From positions 15,252,001 to 15,316,000 of the forward strand of contig NC_086108.1 in NCBI RefSeq assembly GCF_963921235.1: a stretch of 64,000 nt of DNA, read 5' to 3'. Of the stretch, positions 39,591 through 54,233 are shown in pieces; the stretch's first letter is position 1; each line of letters begins with the position of its first letter. The translations under genes and the position numbers were made by a program. Source of the stretch: Mobula hypostoma (lineage: Eukaryota). The notes beneath the pieces are model-generated. The model saw nothing but the letters and a program-made list of their open reading frames with translations. It was not told the DNA's origin and searched no databases.

Positions 39591-41931
39591 TCAGTTTCAA
39601 TGTTCTCATCAAACAGTGTTCTGAGAAGAAGGTTCATTAGAACTTGACACTCCCCCTCCTCGCTTACTTTATTGTTTCATAATATCTCCCTGTCTTCCTT
39701 TTTAATTATCTTTCCCTTTTTGTACTTCCAGAACATTTCAAGTTTTCTTTGGTTTTACCATAACCCTTCTAGTGTCCCTTTTAAATTCCACCCCTTCACC
39801 TTCTACTCTACTTCCCTTCTAAGTGTTGAGCTCTCAGTATATAAAGCCTCTCTTGTAGCTCTATTCTACTATATATTTCCTCGACATTTATGGAATTTGG
39901 AACTCTCACTTTTACATGGTTATTTACTGAGTAAAATTGGGCCATCCCTAATTTTACTCTGCTTTGTGCTCTTGTTGCTGTTCACATGCCCAGTGCATTC
40001 CAGGAAAGTGCAGTTCTGCTTCTCCCCCTTGCTAGACTTGGTGTCAAATACATTCCTGAGAAATATTTTCACAATTTTGCTACTCCTCTGACATTGCCCC
40101 AGTTACTGTTAAGTTAGTTGAATTTCCCAGCTACCTTTGCCTTGTTATCTCTGCACTCTTAATAAATTTATCTATATTCATTCTACTCTCTCTCTCCCTC
40201 TTCCTCTTCCCCAGAAATGTGATTCCCTCTTTCTAATGGTGAGTTCATCCTGTATCTCATTTACTGCGCTCTTCATATATTGACTCTCTTTCCCCCTAAA
40301 TCCATATCATCATCAAAGCCCACAGGAGTGGTCTGGGAACAGAACTTCCCACAAAAACACACTAAGAAGTTGCTGTTTCCTTCCCTTGAAGCAGTCCCAA
40401 CATGCAATAATTTCTTCATGTTTGCTTGCAGACGTTAGCAACCCTGAAGTTGCACCCCATTAGCTCAGTTCCCCCTTTTAAAAGATGCTGTGTGGTCACC
40501 TAGCAGATAGAATCTCCCTCCCTCACACACACACACAAACTCAGCATAAATCTAAAGCTCATCCCACAGATCCTGGGACTTAACCCAAACAAAGTTAACA
40601 AAAATTGTACTTTTATTTTTCATGGTATTGTATAATTTTCCTCCTGTCCAAAGTATTCTTAGTAAAGACCACTTCAAAATATGCGTTGGATATAACATCT
40701 ACCATTTTATAGCCTACAAAAATAACAGGTCACTTTTTTGGCGGTGGAGATCAAAGCTGTGTTTAAAACAAAAGAATAGAAAATTTGGACCCGAGGTTAA
40801 ACAAGGGAGAGGGGAAAGGTGTGCATGTTGGTGCTAATAGTACAAGAGCTGATTGGACCTAAGATTTTAATTGAGGGAGAGAAGGTTAGGCTTACATTTT
40901 AATTAGTGAGGAGGAGCTTGGGTGTGAAATTATAACAGGTAAATTGTTTAGCATTTTAACTTATCAAAGCTCTAATACAGCTGATGATTCTCTGACATGT
41001 AATTTATTTGTATATCTCCATCCGCCAGTATTTTCTGGTCTATGTTTAGTCGTTCCTTGTGAGAAAATATTTCCTATATCTGGGAGTCTAAGACCAGAGG
41101 ACACAGCTTTAAAATAGAGAGATGTCCATTTAGAACAGAGTTGAGGAAGAATTTCTTTAGCCAGCGAATGGTGAATCTGTGGAATTTGTTGCCACAGGCA
41201 TCTGTGGAGGCCAAGTCTTTATGTATATTTAAGGCAGAGGTTGGTTGATTCTTGATTAGTCAGGGCATGAGGGGATATGGGGGGGAAGGCTGAAGATTGG
41301 GCTGAGAGGGAAATTAATCAGTCATGATGAAATGGTGGAGCAGACTTGATGGGCTAAATTGCCTAATCCTGCTCCTATATCGTATCATCTTATGTTGAAA
41401 TTGATCCATTTTCCATTTTAGAAACTGATCTTCCTTTGAGTCCCTTTCTAAGTCCCTGAACATAATTATGAAACTGAAGCTAAAGCAAGAGCTGGCTGAG
41501 GTGTGACAGCAAGTAATTTGTTAATAACTCAAGGCAACTGTTGAAAACTTGTGAACATTTGTCACTACCATTTCCAGCAAGTAGGCAAAGAACAGGAGGA
41601 AAATAAACTGATTCTAGAGAATTGTATCTACTGTACTGTGTTTGTTTTGAAGTGTTTCATTTGTCTATTCTCTCCATGCTGGGGAATCAGGAAACCTGGC
41701 CCCTGTCACTTGGAATACCACCCGTACCATCACTTGCTGATAGAACAAACAATTCAAGAACCATTCCTAATGTCACAGCAGGTTCAACAGTATTTTAATG
41801 GTTATGAACTGTTCTGAGGGCATCAAGGGTACAGCTTCAAGAGAATGGGGGGCCCTGATGAATTTGGTACAAGTTCATTCCATACATAAATACATTGAGG
41901 TATACAGAAAAGGAAAATAGCATGCAGAATA

Positions 41932-42650
41932 TAATAATAATAATCTTTATTTATATAGTACCATACATTAAGATGCAGGCTTAAAGTGCTTTACATAGAT
42001 TGTAAAAATAAATCAATACAGTCATAAAAATAAGACAAAATTAAAAATCATAAGTAAAGACAGAGATTATATGGAATAAAATGTAATCAAATATACCAAT
42101 GTAAATATATAAATGTAATCAACATCAACAGGCATTAAGGAATCCAATAAATTGGCCAATTAATAAAGTAGGTTTTTAGAAGTGTTTTGAAATGTTCCAC
42201 AGTACTAGCCTGGTGTATCTCAGTCGGTAGAGTATTCCAGATTTTTGGTGCATAAGAGCAATAGATCACATCACTGGTTTTTATATGCTTGGCTCTAGGA
42301 ACACTAAGCAAACCAGTATTTGTAGATCTAAGATTATGATTAAGGATGTAAGGGGATAGACACTCAAAATATACAGAAGAGCTTTATTTTTCAGAGTATT
42401 TTTAAATTGATCCTAAAGGACACAGGCAGCCAGTATAATGATACCAAAACTGGTGATATGTGCTCAGATTTTATTTTTTTTGTTAAGATTCTTGATGCTG
42501 CATTTTGAACAAGCTGCATCCAATTTATATCTTTCATGGGCAGTTCTGAAAAGAGTGCATTACAGTAGTCTAATTGGCTAAAAACAAAAGCGAGTGTCAA
42601 TTTTTCAGCATCTTGAGATGTTATAAGAAATGGAATGTTCCTTAACGTTC
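41932..42650 (-). mobile_element. L2-clade LINE 3' fragment
   Basis: FSQLDYCNALF...QLVQNAASRIL...HISPVLVSLYWLPVSFRI. Confidence 0.8.
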
Positions 42651-45600
42651 TGTTCTAGAGAATTTGCAGTGTAGAGTACAAGATCAATGACAGAATAGAT
42701 TGAAAATGTAATTCATACTGATTTTCAGAAGGGTGTTGACAAGTTTCTCATAAAAGGTGAATTTATAAAATTGAGGCCCAAGAAAGACCAAGGATAGGAG
42801 GCAGAGAGTTACATGAAAGTTACTCAGACTGGAACATTATAGTTTTTGATGTTCCCCAGGGTCATTAGTTTTGTCTGGAAAATATTTGCATATGGTGGTG
42901 CATGGTTAAAGTTCTAAAATATACAGCAGGTACCAACATTTTTGAGGCAACCAGTAATGAGGACAGTATTTAAAGTTAGTACATTGGTCAGCCAGGTGGC
43001 AGATGAAATTTAATGGAGAGAAATATGAAGACTTGGTAGACTGCTGATGCTGGAATCTGGAGCAAAAATGAACAAGCTGATGGAGTGTGAAGTGATACTT
43101 CTGAGAGAGAGAGAGAGAAAGGTGGGGGTGATGTTCTGCTCTGAGATCAAAACTGCTGGTCCTTGTCTCTCCTGTGTATATGCAAACCTCTGTGAATATC
43201 AGTGTGTCAGCCCTCACGAAAAGCTTTGGCAGCCCAAGTCCACCAGCTGCCAAAATGTTACTGTTATTCAGCTTTCAAAATGACTAGAAAACTGTTACAG
43301 AATGTTAACTAAACTGTTTAAAAGTCAAACCATTATGGATCACACACTTTTAAACATTTAATCTAACTTAATAGATCAAAAAGTTCCATTTTTTCCTTGC
43401 TGTTGATTTCTTGCATTAATTTAAATGAAACTGCTGAACTTTCACCAGCATTAACTTGGCACAGGTATAGCAGGTTTCCTTAAGATTGTTCGGGGGGGTG
43501 GGGGGGTTAGTATGGTTAAGCTCCCATTTCCTATTAAATTGTCCTTATGGGGTTTGTCTCAAATAACCTCTGACAACCAAGTCCAGCTTCTGGCCATCTC
43601 GTGTAGCTAAACTACTAAGCCTGGCGGAACCGTTTCTACTAACGAGAGAAAGGGCAAAGATGGGTTACTGACGCCTTAAAACCAGACGCTGTGGGCAGAT
43701 GAGCCTCGTCGGCCATAGTTAGCAGATCATCTAAGAGAAGAAAAACTGATCTCAAAGCTCTGCTGCCTCGTGACTATACTCACTCTTGGGAAAGGCTTTG
43801 GGAGTAAATCTCGATGAAGAATCTGAAGCTGGAGTCCCTAAGACAGTTCAACAGTGACTGGCACACTCCTACAAAGCTGCAGGTGACAAACTGTATTGAT
43901 CTCTGCTGTTCCTTTGGATTCATTAGCTGCCTGAAGAGGGGGAGCCTGCTGCATGGGCAACAGCTTGCTCTCTGTATTGTACTGCCCCGAGTTTCTTACT
44001 GCTTTGCACATTGACTGATGGCGCTGCACCAACAACATAGACAGATAAGATGCAACATTCAAGGTTGACCCTGACCAACAGAGGACTTCAGTTTAGCAGA
44101 CAGCTGGAAAATATGGAGACACCTGTGCTGCCTTTTGAGTATAGCATAGTGCAGGTGTTCCCAACGTGGGGTCCAAAGATACCTTGCTTAATGGTATTGG
44201 TCCATGGCATAAAAAAGGTTGTCAACCCATGGCATAGTTCAATAACACCTAAAACGCAAGAGGATTGATTCACCAATTGCCAAAAAATGGCAGGTTTTCT
44301 GGTGGCCACCCATTTCAATTCAACCTCCCATTCTGACATGTATGGTCTCCTCTATTGCCATGATGAGGCCACTTACAGGTTGGAGGAGCCATGCTTCATT
44401 TTCCATCTGAGTAGCCTCCAACCTGGTGGCATGAACATCACTTTCTCTAACTTCTGATAATATCTCCCCATCCCCCCTTCTCTTTTTCCATTCTACGTTC
44501 TGGTTTCCCTCTTACTCCTCCTCCTCTTCCACCTATCACCTTTTTACTTCATCCCCCTTCCCCCTCACCTAGTTTCTCTCACCTGCCAGCTTGTAATTCT
44601 TCCCCTCTGCCCATGTTCCAATTCTGGTCCTTCCTTCTCTTCTTCCCACCTTCTAATTCTGCCCTCTTCCTTTGCAGTGCTGATGAAGGGCCTGGGTCCG
44701 AAATGTCAGCTGTTTCTCTTTTATCTCATTCCATCAAGGCTGTCTAACTTCCAACGTGTTGTGTGTGGTCCATAAAAACCCAAACTAGCTTTGAATTCTG
44801 GGACTGAGAAATGTGGGCAAGTCATGTTATCAGTATAGCATGACTCAGGGGAGATCTGCTCCAGTGTACAGACTAGCTGGCCCTGTACCAAAAGGTAACA
44901 GAAACATGGAGCTCAAAGTGTGAACCCTAATGCATTTGCCTGGAAGTTGTGTTGAAAATTATCAATAGACTTCTGCCAGAAGAGATGTACTGGAATGGTT
45001 CTGGAAATGAGACTGGGGAAGCTGATAGGAAATTTGAAGGAGGGTTTTTAAGATTGTGTTGGGTAAACAGAAAAGTTGTTTCCAGTAATGAAGGGTTTGA
45101 GGGCCACACAAAAAAGGGAGACTGGAAAAATTTTGATACAGTATAGAGGAACTTTTGCTATAGAGACTAGTCATAATTTAAGCCTAATTGTGAATGTGGT
45201 GTGAAAAGTCAATTAGATGGGCACTTGAAAAATAATAATTTAAGGGCTTCAGGGAAACAGTGGAAAAAATTAACTCAATGGATTGGTCTCTGGAGAATTG
45301 ACAAGGACACTTTGGGCTTTCATTATTCTATGTACATGGGCAAGTACTTACAGACAGTTGAGACCTCTTACAACTCTGTCCTATTGTACACCATTTCCCA
45401 CTTAAATAATTCTTCCTCTGTACTAATACTATGATGTTGTTCCTGTTTTGAATGGAAGCAGATTGCTTTATGCTGGTGTTAATCCTTCCTGTGGTGAGTA
45501 GTCCTAACCCAAAATGCCTCTTTCCTCTGAGTATCTCCAGGCACTGCTTGCATGAGATTAAAATCCCAGAAGCTGGCCACCTGCCATATAAAGATGAAAG

Positions 45601-45659
45601 GGTTGCAATTTAAGGCAGCAAAACTAGCTGGAAGATTCAAAATGTAAATACGCTGCTTG

Positions 45660-46750
45660 ATGTCATAGACGACAGAACAGTACAGCACAGGAACAAGCCC
45701 TTTGTTACGTAATGTCTGCACCCAACACGGTGTGAATTAAACTTCTGCCTGTACATGATCCTTATCCCAATATTCACATACTTATCTAAAAGCCTCTTAA
45801 ACGTCACTATTGTATCTGCTTCTACCACTACCTCGACATTACGATACCCACCGTTCTACAAAAGAAGATAACAATGCCTGACATCTTTTAAAATTCCTTC
45901 TCACCATAAATGAATCCCCTCTAGTATTTGACATTTCTATCATGGGGACATGATTCTGACTGTCTGCCCTATCTATGCCTCTTAATAGTTTTATAAACTT
46001 GTATCAGGTTTCCCCTCAGCCTGTGGTATTCCAGAGAAAACAACCAAGGTTTACCCAACTTTTCTTTATAACTAATGCCTTCTAAACCAGGTAGCATCTT
46101 GGTAAACCTCTTCTGTGGCCATTTCAAAGTCTCAACATCCTTTCTGTAATGGGTTGACCAGAATTGCACATAATAGTCAAAGTGTGGCCTAACCAATGTT
46201 TTATGTAACTGCATTATGATTTACTGACTCTTATACTCGAAAGATCCAACCAATAAAGCAAGCATGCCATATGCCTTCCTTACCACTCTTTCTACATGCG
46301 GGGTCACTTTCAGAGAACTTTGGACTTGGATCTTAAGATCCCTCTGTGTATCAATGTTGTTAAGGGGCCTATCATTAACTATATTTTTTCGTTACATTGA
46401 GCTTCCAAAGTGAAACATATCACACTTGCCTGGATTAAACTCTTTTCAAATTCTTCACTTGTAACTAATCTAAATCCCACTGTATTCTTTGACAACCTTC
46501 TTCACTGCCCACAAATCTGCAAACTTACCAACCACCCGTCCACATTTTGGTCCAAGTGATTTATTTGTATCACAAACAGAGGTCCTAGTACAAATCCCTG
46601 TGGAACACCGTTATTAATGGGCATCCTGTCAGAATAACACTCTTTGACCACCACCTTCTGTCTTCTGTTCTCAATCCAAAGTACCAAATCAATGTGGATC
46701 CCATGCATCTTGATCTTCTGGATCAGCTATCATGAGGGATCTTGTTCCAT
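45660..46750 (-). mobile_element. CR1 LINE 3' fragment
   Basis: KTLVRPHFDYYVQFWS and GVPQGFVLGP. Confidence 0.85.
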
Positions 46751-49220
46751 ATTTTTGCTTGAGATCAGAAGATTCAATCAGATGGGACCTACCCACATGA
46801 GGAATTCCTCTTGGAAGGGATTAAATATAATGGTTTGCTTTTATAAATCAGCTGTCATGGCCTCAGAACAGCCCGGAACCTCCTGCAAGCAGCCAGGTAC
46901 TCATCATAATATTTTTAAGAAATGTAAAATAAAGTGCTCAGCTGCTCTGGCAGCATGTGTAGGAAGAGAAATTGCTAACATTTTAGGTTAGTACCTGATT
47001 AATAAAACTAGAATAAGAAATAAAATAAATAAGAAAAAGGGAAGAGATGAGGAGGAACAAAAACAGGTGCTGTGTCACCTGCAAAGAGCATATGTGGCTC
47101 TGTCCAGCTGAGAGAGCGTACAAGGGCTGGTGTTGGTACAAGGAAAATAAAGGGAATTAATTGTTATAATTGAAGGGGTGTCCTTATTGAGCTCTCATAA
47201 TTAAATCAGAGAAGCTGCTTATTGTATCATAACTATGCTTAATTCTTCCCTCTGTTTTCTCTGTGACAATTAATAGAATTCTCTCAAAATATTTTTTAAA
47301 GTGACATACTTGAATACAATTATCATACACCTTCTAGAAGTCATTGTGCAATCATATTACTTTCACCAACTCTCTCCACTCTTTCAATGGTTAGTTAGGT
47401 TTGATAACAAGGTTTTAAAAATTCTACACAGATTTTAACTTAAACTTCCCAAGTAGCAAGTAATTTTGTGTGAGATTTTAGCTGTAAACTGTTCTCAAAC
47501 GGGAAGATTAAACTTTGTATATTATATGACAGCTAGTGAGTCTTATTTTGCCACAGCTGTCTCAGGCAGACCTCACATCCTCCAGGAAAAGATGCATCTC
47601 TGTTCATGGAGTCATACAGCATGAAAATAAGCCTTCGGCCAAAAAAAAAAACTGGTCAATACCAACCAAGATTCCCATCTAAGCTAGCCCCATTGCTTGT
47701 TTTTGGCCCATATCCCTCTAAGCGTTTACCTGTTCAAGTAAAAGTGTTCTCTAATCTGCCTAACAATCACTTGAAATCTATGACCCCGTTATTGATCTCT
47801 CTACCGAGGAGAATCGTCCTTTTTTGTTCCCATTATCTAGAGCTATCATTTTATACATCACAGTTGAAGCACCCTCAGCCATCTGTTTCTAAAAAAAATC
47901 CAAGAGTTTTTGTCTACCCCAAAATGTCTGCTAACTTCCAATTTTCATTATTACTATCTCCTTGATTAGTCCTTAACTTTTGAGCAGAGCAATTTGGCCT
48001 TTAATGCACTGAAATTATTCTCCAGCAGTATAACAACTTCTGATCAACAATTTGTAACCGTTTCAAATCAATTCTGCAACAATTATTTTTTTCCTTCCTT
48101 AAATTCTCAGACAACTGGAATATTGCATTCCCATTCCTCCCATGTTGTGAGCCAGGTCTGATATGGCAACTTGTCTCTTGTGATTTGTGCTGTTTGCTAC
48201 CACTGTCATATTTCATTGAACTTCAAACCCTCTTATATTTCCTGCATTTTTAACCCATTTCTGAACAATTCTTTACTGGCATTTATTGTTCTCAGTCATC
48301 TGGGCATCTTTTTTGCTTCATTTAATGGCCTTCAGCTGTTGAACAATCTTCGATCTTGTTTAGGATCAAAGTATATAAAATTACAAAATGTGAGCAAACC
48401 TTTCCCCTTAAGAAGGGAAATAACAGACAACTAATCCTGCTGTTTTCTCTACACAGCAGTTGACATTTGCATGACGTAAAACGAGGAAATGATTACCATG
48501 ATTTAATTCAATAGAAGAACTAATTTGGATAGGAGTTTAATAATTTACACCCATTCCATAAAGTTGAACATTTCAACTTTTAACAGTCTGTTCAATATAG
48601 CAAGACTATTAAACCGAGAAAACAAGATCTAAGATTGTTTATTTGTTTCATAGAATTATACAAAATAGAAATAGGCCATTTGGCCAGGTCTGCAGTAGAA
48701 GATCTAGATTTAGGATAAGGGGTATGATAGGTGTATAAAATCATGAGGGCCATAGGTAGGATGAATATGCACTTTTTTTTCCTCAAGGAAATGGAATCAA
48801 AACGACAGGACATGGTTTTAGGGTGTGAGCTGAAAGATTTCAAAGGCACCTAAGCAGCGACCTCCGCATGTAGATGGTGGTGCATATATGGAATGAACTG
48901 CCAGTGGAAGTGGTTGAGCCAGATACAATAATAAGATTTAAAATACATGGATAGGGAAGGTTTAGAAGGGTATGGTCCAAATGCACACAAATGCAACTAA
49001 TTTAGGCCAGCAGTGATGAGTTGGGCCAAAGGGCCTGTTTCTGTGCTGTATGACCTACAAATTTCAAATGCCTCACCGCATAGAAAATGTTTCAAATTTC
49101 TACCGGAAAGCAGCAAAAAAAAAGTAAATGTGCAACTGAACCAGTTGTGAAAGACAAGCAACACATATCAAAGTTGCTGGTGGACGCAGCAGGCCAGGCA
49201 GCATCTCTAGGAAGAGGTAC

Positions 49221-49256
49221 AGTCGACGTTTCAGGCCGAGACCCTTCGTCAGGACT
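49221..49256 (-). ncRNA. Minimal type I hammerhead ribozyme motif (Penelope)
   Basis: Exact reverse complement of the motif at 49975-50010. Confidence 0.7.
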
Positions 49257-49974
49257 AACTGAAGGAAGAGTTAGTAAGAGATTTGAAAGTGGGAGGGGGA
49301 GGGGGAGATCCAAAATAATAGGAGAAGACTGGATGGGGAGGGACGGAGCCAAGAGCTGGACAGGTGATTGGCAAAGGGGATATGAGAGGATCATGGGACA
49401 GGAGGTCCGTGGAGAAAGACAGGGGGAGGGAACCCAGAGGATGGGTAAGGGGTATAGTCAGAGGGACAGAGGGAGAAAAAGAAGAGTGAGAGAAAGAATG
49501 TGTGTATATGAATAAATAACAGATGGGGTACGAGGGGGAGGTGGGGCATTAGCGGAAGTTAGAGAAGTCGATGTTCATGCCATCAGGTTGGAGGCTACCC
49601 AGATGGAGATGCTGCCTGGCCTGCTGTGTAAACTGATGGCATGAACATCGACTTCTCTAACTTCCGCTAATGCCCCACCTCCCTCTCGTACCCCATCTGT
49701 TAATTATTCATATACACACATTCTTTCTCTCACTCACCTTTTTCTCCCTCTGTCCCTCCGACTATACCCCTTGCCCATCCTCTGGGTTCCCGACCCCCGC
49801 CTTGTCTTTCTCCCCAGACCTCCTGTCCCATGATCCTCTCATATCCCCTTTGCCAATCACCTGTCCAGCTCTTGGCTCCATCCCTCCCCCCACCTGTCTT
49901 CTCCTATCATTTTGGATCTCCCCCTCCCCCTCCCCCTCCCACTTTCAAATCTCTTACTAGCTCTTCCTTCAGTT

Positions 49975-50010
49975 AGTCCTGACGAAGGGTCTCGGCCTGA
50001 AACGTCGACT
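49975..50010 (+). ncRNA. Minimal type I hammerhead ribozyme motif (Penelope)
   Basis: AGTC-CTGACGA-AGGGTCTCGGCCT-GAAAC-GTC-GACT: stem I AGUC/GACU, CUGANGA core, stem II, GAAA, GUC cleavage triplet, loopless palindromic stem III. Confidence 0.72.
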
Positions 50011-50793
50011 GTACCTCCTCCTAGAGATGCTGCCTGGCCTGCTGCGTTCACCAGCAACTTTGATGTGTGTTGCTTGAATTTCCAGCATCTGCAGAATTCC
50101 TGTTGTTGTGAAAGACTCCTGGCCAAACCTGTGGAGGAAGTGTCATCAGCTGGAAGAGCTTAAGATCCTCTCCAGGAAAATCCAAATCTGGTCTGATTAA
50201 CACCTAATAAAGCCTCAGCAGTCCACCCTTGCTTTTATATTCTAGTCCTCTTGAATTAATGCAATTCCCTTCTTTACTATCAACTCAACTTAACCTTAAG
50301 GGAATCCCAAGTCCCTTTGCTTAGGCCAGAGACATGAAGCCATTTGATTTCTGAAATCTCTCCCTATTTGGAAAATAGAAAATTAGAAAACACCATTACT
50401 CTTCCTACCAAAATACATAACACTACAGTTCCACCTGCCACTTTAATATGTCCACATCCTTCTGCAGACTGCAACATTACTTGTCCCATTAAGGAAAAGG
50501 CTATTTTGGAGTTTGTTTTGTGCAGTGAGAAAGGGTTGTCAGATGATCTTGTGAAGGACCCTTTGGGAAGAGTAGGCATAATATGACAGAACTTTACAAT
50601 GAGTGTGAAAGTGATGAGGGTCATTGCAAAACTAGAATCTTAAATCTAAACAAAGAAAATGATGAAGGGTGTGAGGGGAGTTAGCTGTGGCTGGTTGGGA
50701 GAAAATATTGAAAGGCATGATGGTGGACAGGAAGTGGTTAGTATTAAGAAATAATGTATACGCTATAGACACAACAAAGATATAGTGTATACA

Positions 50794-51280
50794 CACTCAG
50801 TGGCCACATTATCAAGTATGGTGGTGGAACACTGTGTGGTCTGCTGCTTCCAAATCCTGTCTATTTCAAGGTTTGACGTGTTGTGCTTTCAGAGATACTC
50901 TTCTGCACACCTCTGTTGTTATTTGAGTTACTGCTGCCTTCCTGTCAGCTTGAACTAATCTGTCCATTCTCTCCTGACCTCGCTCATTAACAAGGTGTTT
51001 TCACCCACAGAACTGCTGCTCACTGGATTTTTTTTTGTTTTTTGCACCATTCTTTGTAAACTCTAGAGTCTTTTGTGCAGGAGATCAGCAACTTCTGACC
51101 ACCCCATCTGATGCCAACAATTATTCCACGGTCAATGTCACTTAGATACAATTCCTTCCCCATTCTGATGCTTGTTTTAACAACAACTGAATCTCTTGAT
51201 CATGCCTGCATGCTGTTCTGCAATAAGTTGCTGCCCCATGATTAGATATTTGGTGTACCAAATAAAGTGGCTACAGAATG
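50794..51280. mobile_element. Tc1-like non-autonomous DNA transposon
   Basis: TIRs cactcagtggccacattatcaagta / gtaccaaataaagtggctacagaatg, followed by TA. Confidence 0.65.
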
Positions 51281-51664
51281 TACTCCCATGTAGACACAAA
51301 CACATTATGGGAAAAATAATTAAGTGGAAAATTCTAAATCAAAATTAGAGGCTTATAAAAATGGCAATTATGGCCCCAATACGGAGGAACTTATAATTAG
51401 TAATTGGAAAGGTTGGGATTGTTCTTACAGGAAGCTAAGGGGTGCATGAGGGGCAGAGATAAGGTGGATTGTCTTCTCCAAGGTAGGGGAGTCTACAACT
51501 AGAGGGCAGAAGTTTAAGGCAAGAGGGGGAAAATTTGAAGGAGATCTGAAGGGCAGGTTTTTCACAGAGGGTGGTGGGTATGTGAAATGAGCTGCCAAAG
51601 GGAGTGAAAGTGGTAGTTAAAATTACCCAATGTTTCAAAAATATTTAAATTGATACACGGATAG

Positions 51665-53960
51665 ACACTAGACACTAGAATACTACAGCACAGTACAGGC
51701 CCTTCGGCCCTCGATGTTGTGCCCACCCATATATCCTTAAAAAAAAGTACTAAACCCACACTACACCGTAACCCTCTATTTTTCTTTCATCCATGTGCCT
51801 GTCCAAGAGGCTCTTAAATACCCCTAATGTTTTAGGCTCCACCACCATCCCTGGCAAATCACTGCAGGCACCCACAACCCTCTGTGTAAAAAACTTACCC
51901 GTGATGTCTCCCCTATACTTCCCTCCCTTAACTTCGTACATATGCCCTCTGGTGTTTGCTATTCGTGCCCTCGGAAACAGGTACTGGCTATCCACCCTAT
52001 CTATGCCTCTTATAATAGGAGAGACATCGGAAAAGAATTGCAGGTTATGGCCCAAATTCAGGACACTGCAATTAGTGTAAGCCCACCTCAGTCTCGAGAA
52101 CCTGTTTTTATTTGACATAACTGTATGGAATAAGAAAACAGCAGTTATTACCATGAGTCACGGGCAGCTAGTCAGAAAAGGCTACCTTTTTCCCACTCTT
52201 TGCCTCCTGCCACCCAGACACTGCCTTACCCATGCTAGAATCTTTGCCATAATACAAAGGGCTTGTAGCTTGTTAAGCAGCCTCATGAGCACCTTAACAA
52301 AGGTTTTCTGAAAATCCAAATACACGACAACAACCAATTCTCCTTTGTCTACCCTGCTTGTTACATCTTCAAAGAATTCCAACAGATTTGTCAGGCAAGA
52401 TTTTCCCTTGAGGAAACCATGCTGGCTACAGCCTATTTCATCATGTGCCTCCATGTACCCTGAGACCTCATCCTTAATAATCGACTCCAAAATCTTACCA
52501 ACCCCTGAGGTCAGACTAACTGGCTGATAGTTTCCTTTCTTCTGCCTCTGTCCTTCTTGACGAGTGGGGTGACATTTACAATTTTCCAGTCTTCTAGGAT
52601 CATTCCAGGATCTAGTGATTCTTGAAAGATCATTACTAATGCCTCCACGATCTCTTCAGCCACCTCTTTCAGAACTCTCCAGCTGACTTAACTACCTTCA
52701 GAACTTTCAGTTTCCCAAGAACCTCTGTCTAGTCTAGTTATGGTAACCTCACACACGTCATGCCCCCTGATATCTGGAACTTCCACCATACTGCTAGTGT
52801 CTTCCAGAATGAAGAATGATGCAAAATATTTATTCAGTTTGGCCGTTATTTCGTTGCCGTCCATAGTTTTCCAGTGATCTGATATCCACACTTGGCTCTC
52901 TTTCACACGTTATGTATCTGAAGAAACACCTGGTATCCTCGCTACTATTATTGGCTAGCTTACTTTCATATTCCATCTTTAACTTGTGAATGACTTTTTT
53001 AATTGTCTTCTGTTGGTTCTTAAAAGCTTCCCAATTTTCTAACTTCCTACTGTTTTTGCTCTATTTAATGCCATTTCTTTGGCTTTTAGTTTGGCTTTGA
53101 CTTCTCTTGTTAGCCATAGTTTTATCATTTTTCCTTCAGAATACTTCTTCCTCTTTGAGATATATATATCCCGCACCTTACGTATTGCTTCCAGAAATTC
53201 CATCCATTGCTGCTCTGCCGTCATCCCTGCCAGTGTTCTTTTTCAATCAATTCTGGCCATCTCCTCTCTCATGGCTCTGTAATTCCCTTTACTCCACTTT
53301 AATACTGAATATATCTGACTTTAGCTTCTCCTTCTCAAATTTCAGGATGAATTCTATCATATTATGATCACTTCTCCCTAAGGGTTCTTTTACCTTAAGC
53401 TCTCTGATCAATTCTGAGTTCATTGCACAGTACTCAATCTAGAACAGCTGATCCTTTAGTTGGATCAACCGTGAGCTGTTCTAAAAAGCCATCTTGCAGC
53501 CATTCTAGAAAATCCCCCTCCTGGAATCTAGCACCAACCTGATGTTTCCAATCTACCTGCATATTGAAGACCCCATGACTATTGTAACATTGTCCTTTTG
53601 ACATGTATTTTCTATCTCCCGCTGTAATTTGTAGGCCACATCCTTACTACTGTTTGGAGGGTGCGTATACAACTCCAAAGAGTCCTTTTACCCTTGCATC
53701 TCCTTGTCTCTATCCACAATGATTCAACATTTTTCAACCCAATCTCACCTTACTTGCCAACAGAGCAAACCTGCCCCCTCTGCCTTCCGGCCTATCTTTT
53801 CAATACAATGTGTATCCTTGGACATTAAGCACCCAGCTATAATATTTCAGCCATGATTTAGTGATGCTTACAATATCATACCTGCCAATCTGCAACTATG
53901 CTGATAGTTCATCTACCTTATTCCATATACTGTGCACATTCAGATACAACACCTTCAGTC
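51665..53960 (-). mobile_element. CR1 LINE fragments
   Basis: QHGFLKGKSCLTNLLEFFEDVTSRVD...LDFQK and WLTREVK; a separate CR1 3' end at 51665-52015. Confidence 0.85.
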
Positions 53961-54185
53961 CTGTATTCACCTTTTTCAATTTGGTCCACCTTTTACATTG
54001 CAACTTAAAGGGAATATCCCATTTGACTTATCTGTTGTTAGTCAACACAGGGATTTATGCTTAACTCACTGCTCTACACTCAAAACTGTGTGGCTAGGCA
54101 CCGCTCAAACACCATCTATAAATTTGCTGATGATGATACTAGTATAGACGGGGGAACACACACCAATCCTTATGGGGGGGGGGGA

Positions 54186-54188
<3 letters not shown>

Positions 54189-54230
<42 letters not shown>
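54189..54230 (+). repeat. (GA)n microsatellite
   Basis: About 21 perfect GA units after a G-run. Confidence 0.95.

Positions 54231-54233
<3 letters not shown>

Larger units (their letters stand above)
49156..50104. mobile_element. Penelope-like element insertion: inverted duplication with 12-bp TSD
   Basis: Arms 49156-49586 and 49633-50075 are near-identical reverse complements; the (R)LGSLQPDGMNIDFSNFR* end is typical of a PLE GIY-YIG C-terminus; TSD gttgtgaaagac at 49144-49155 and 50105-50116. Confidence 0.85.

Noticed and set aside
39672..40091. 139-aa hydrophobic ORF and similar short ORFs in 35-55 kb
   Set aside because: Products of pyrimidine-rich or repeat sequence, with no domain similarity or supporting splice structure.
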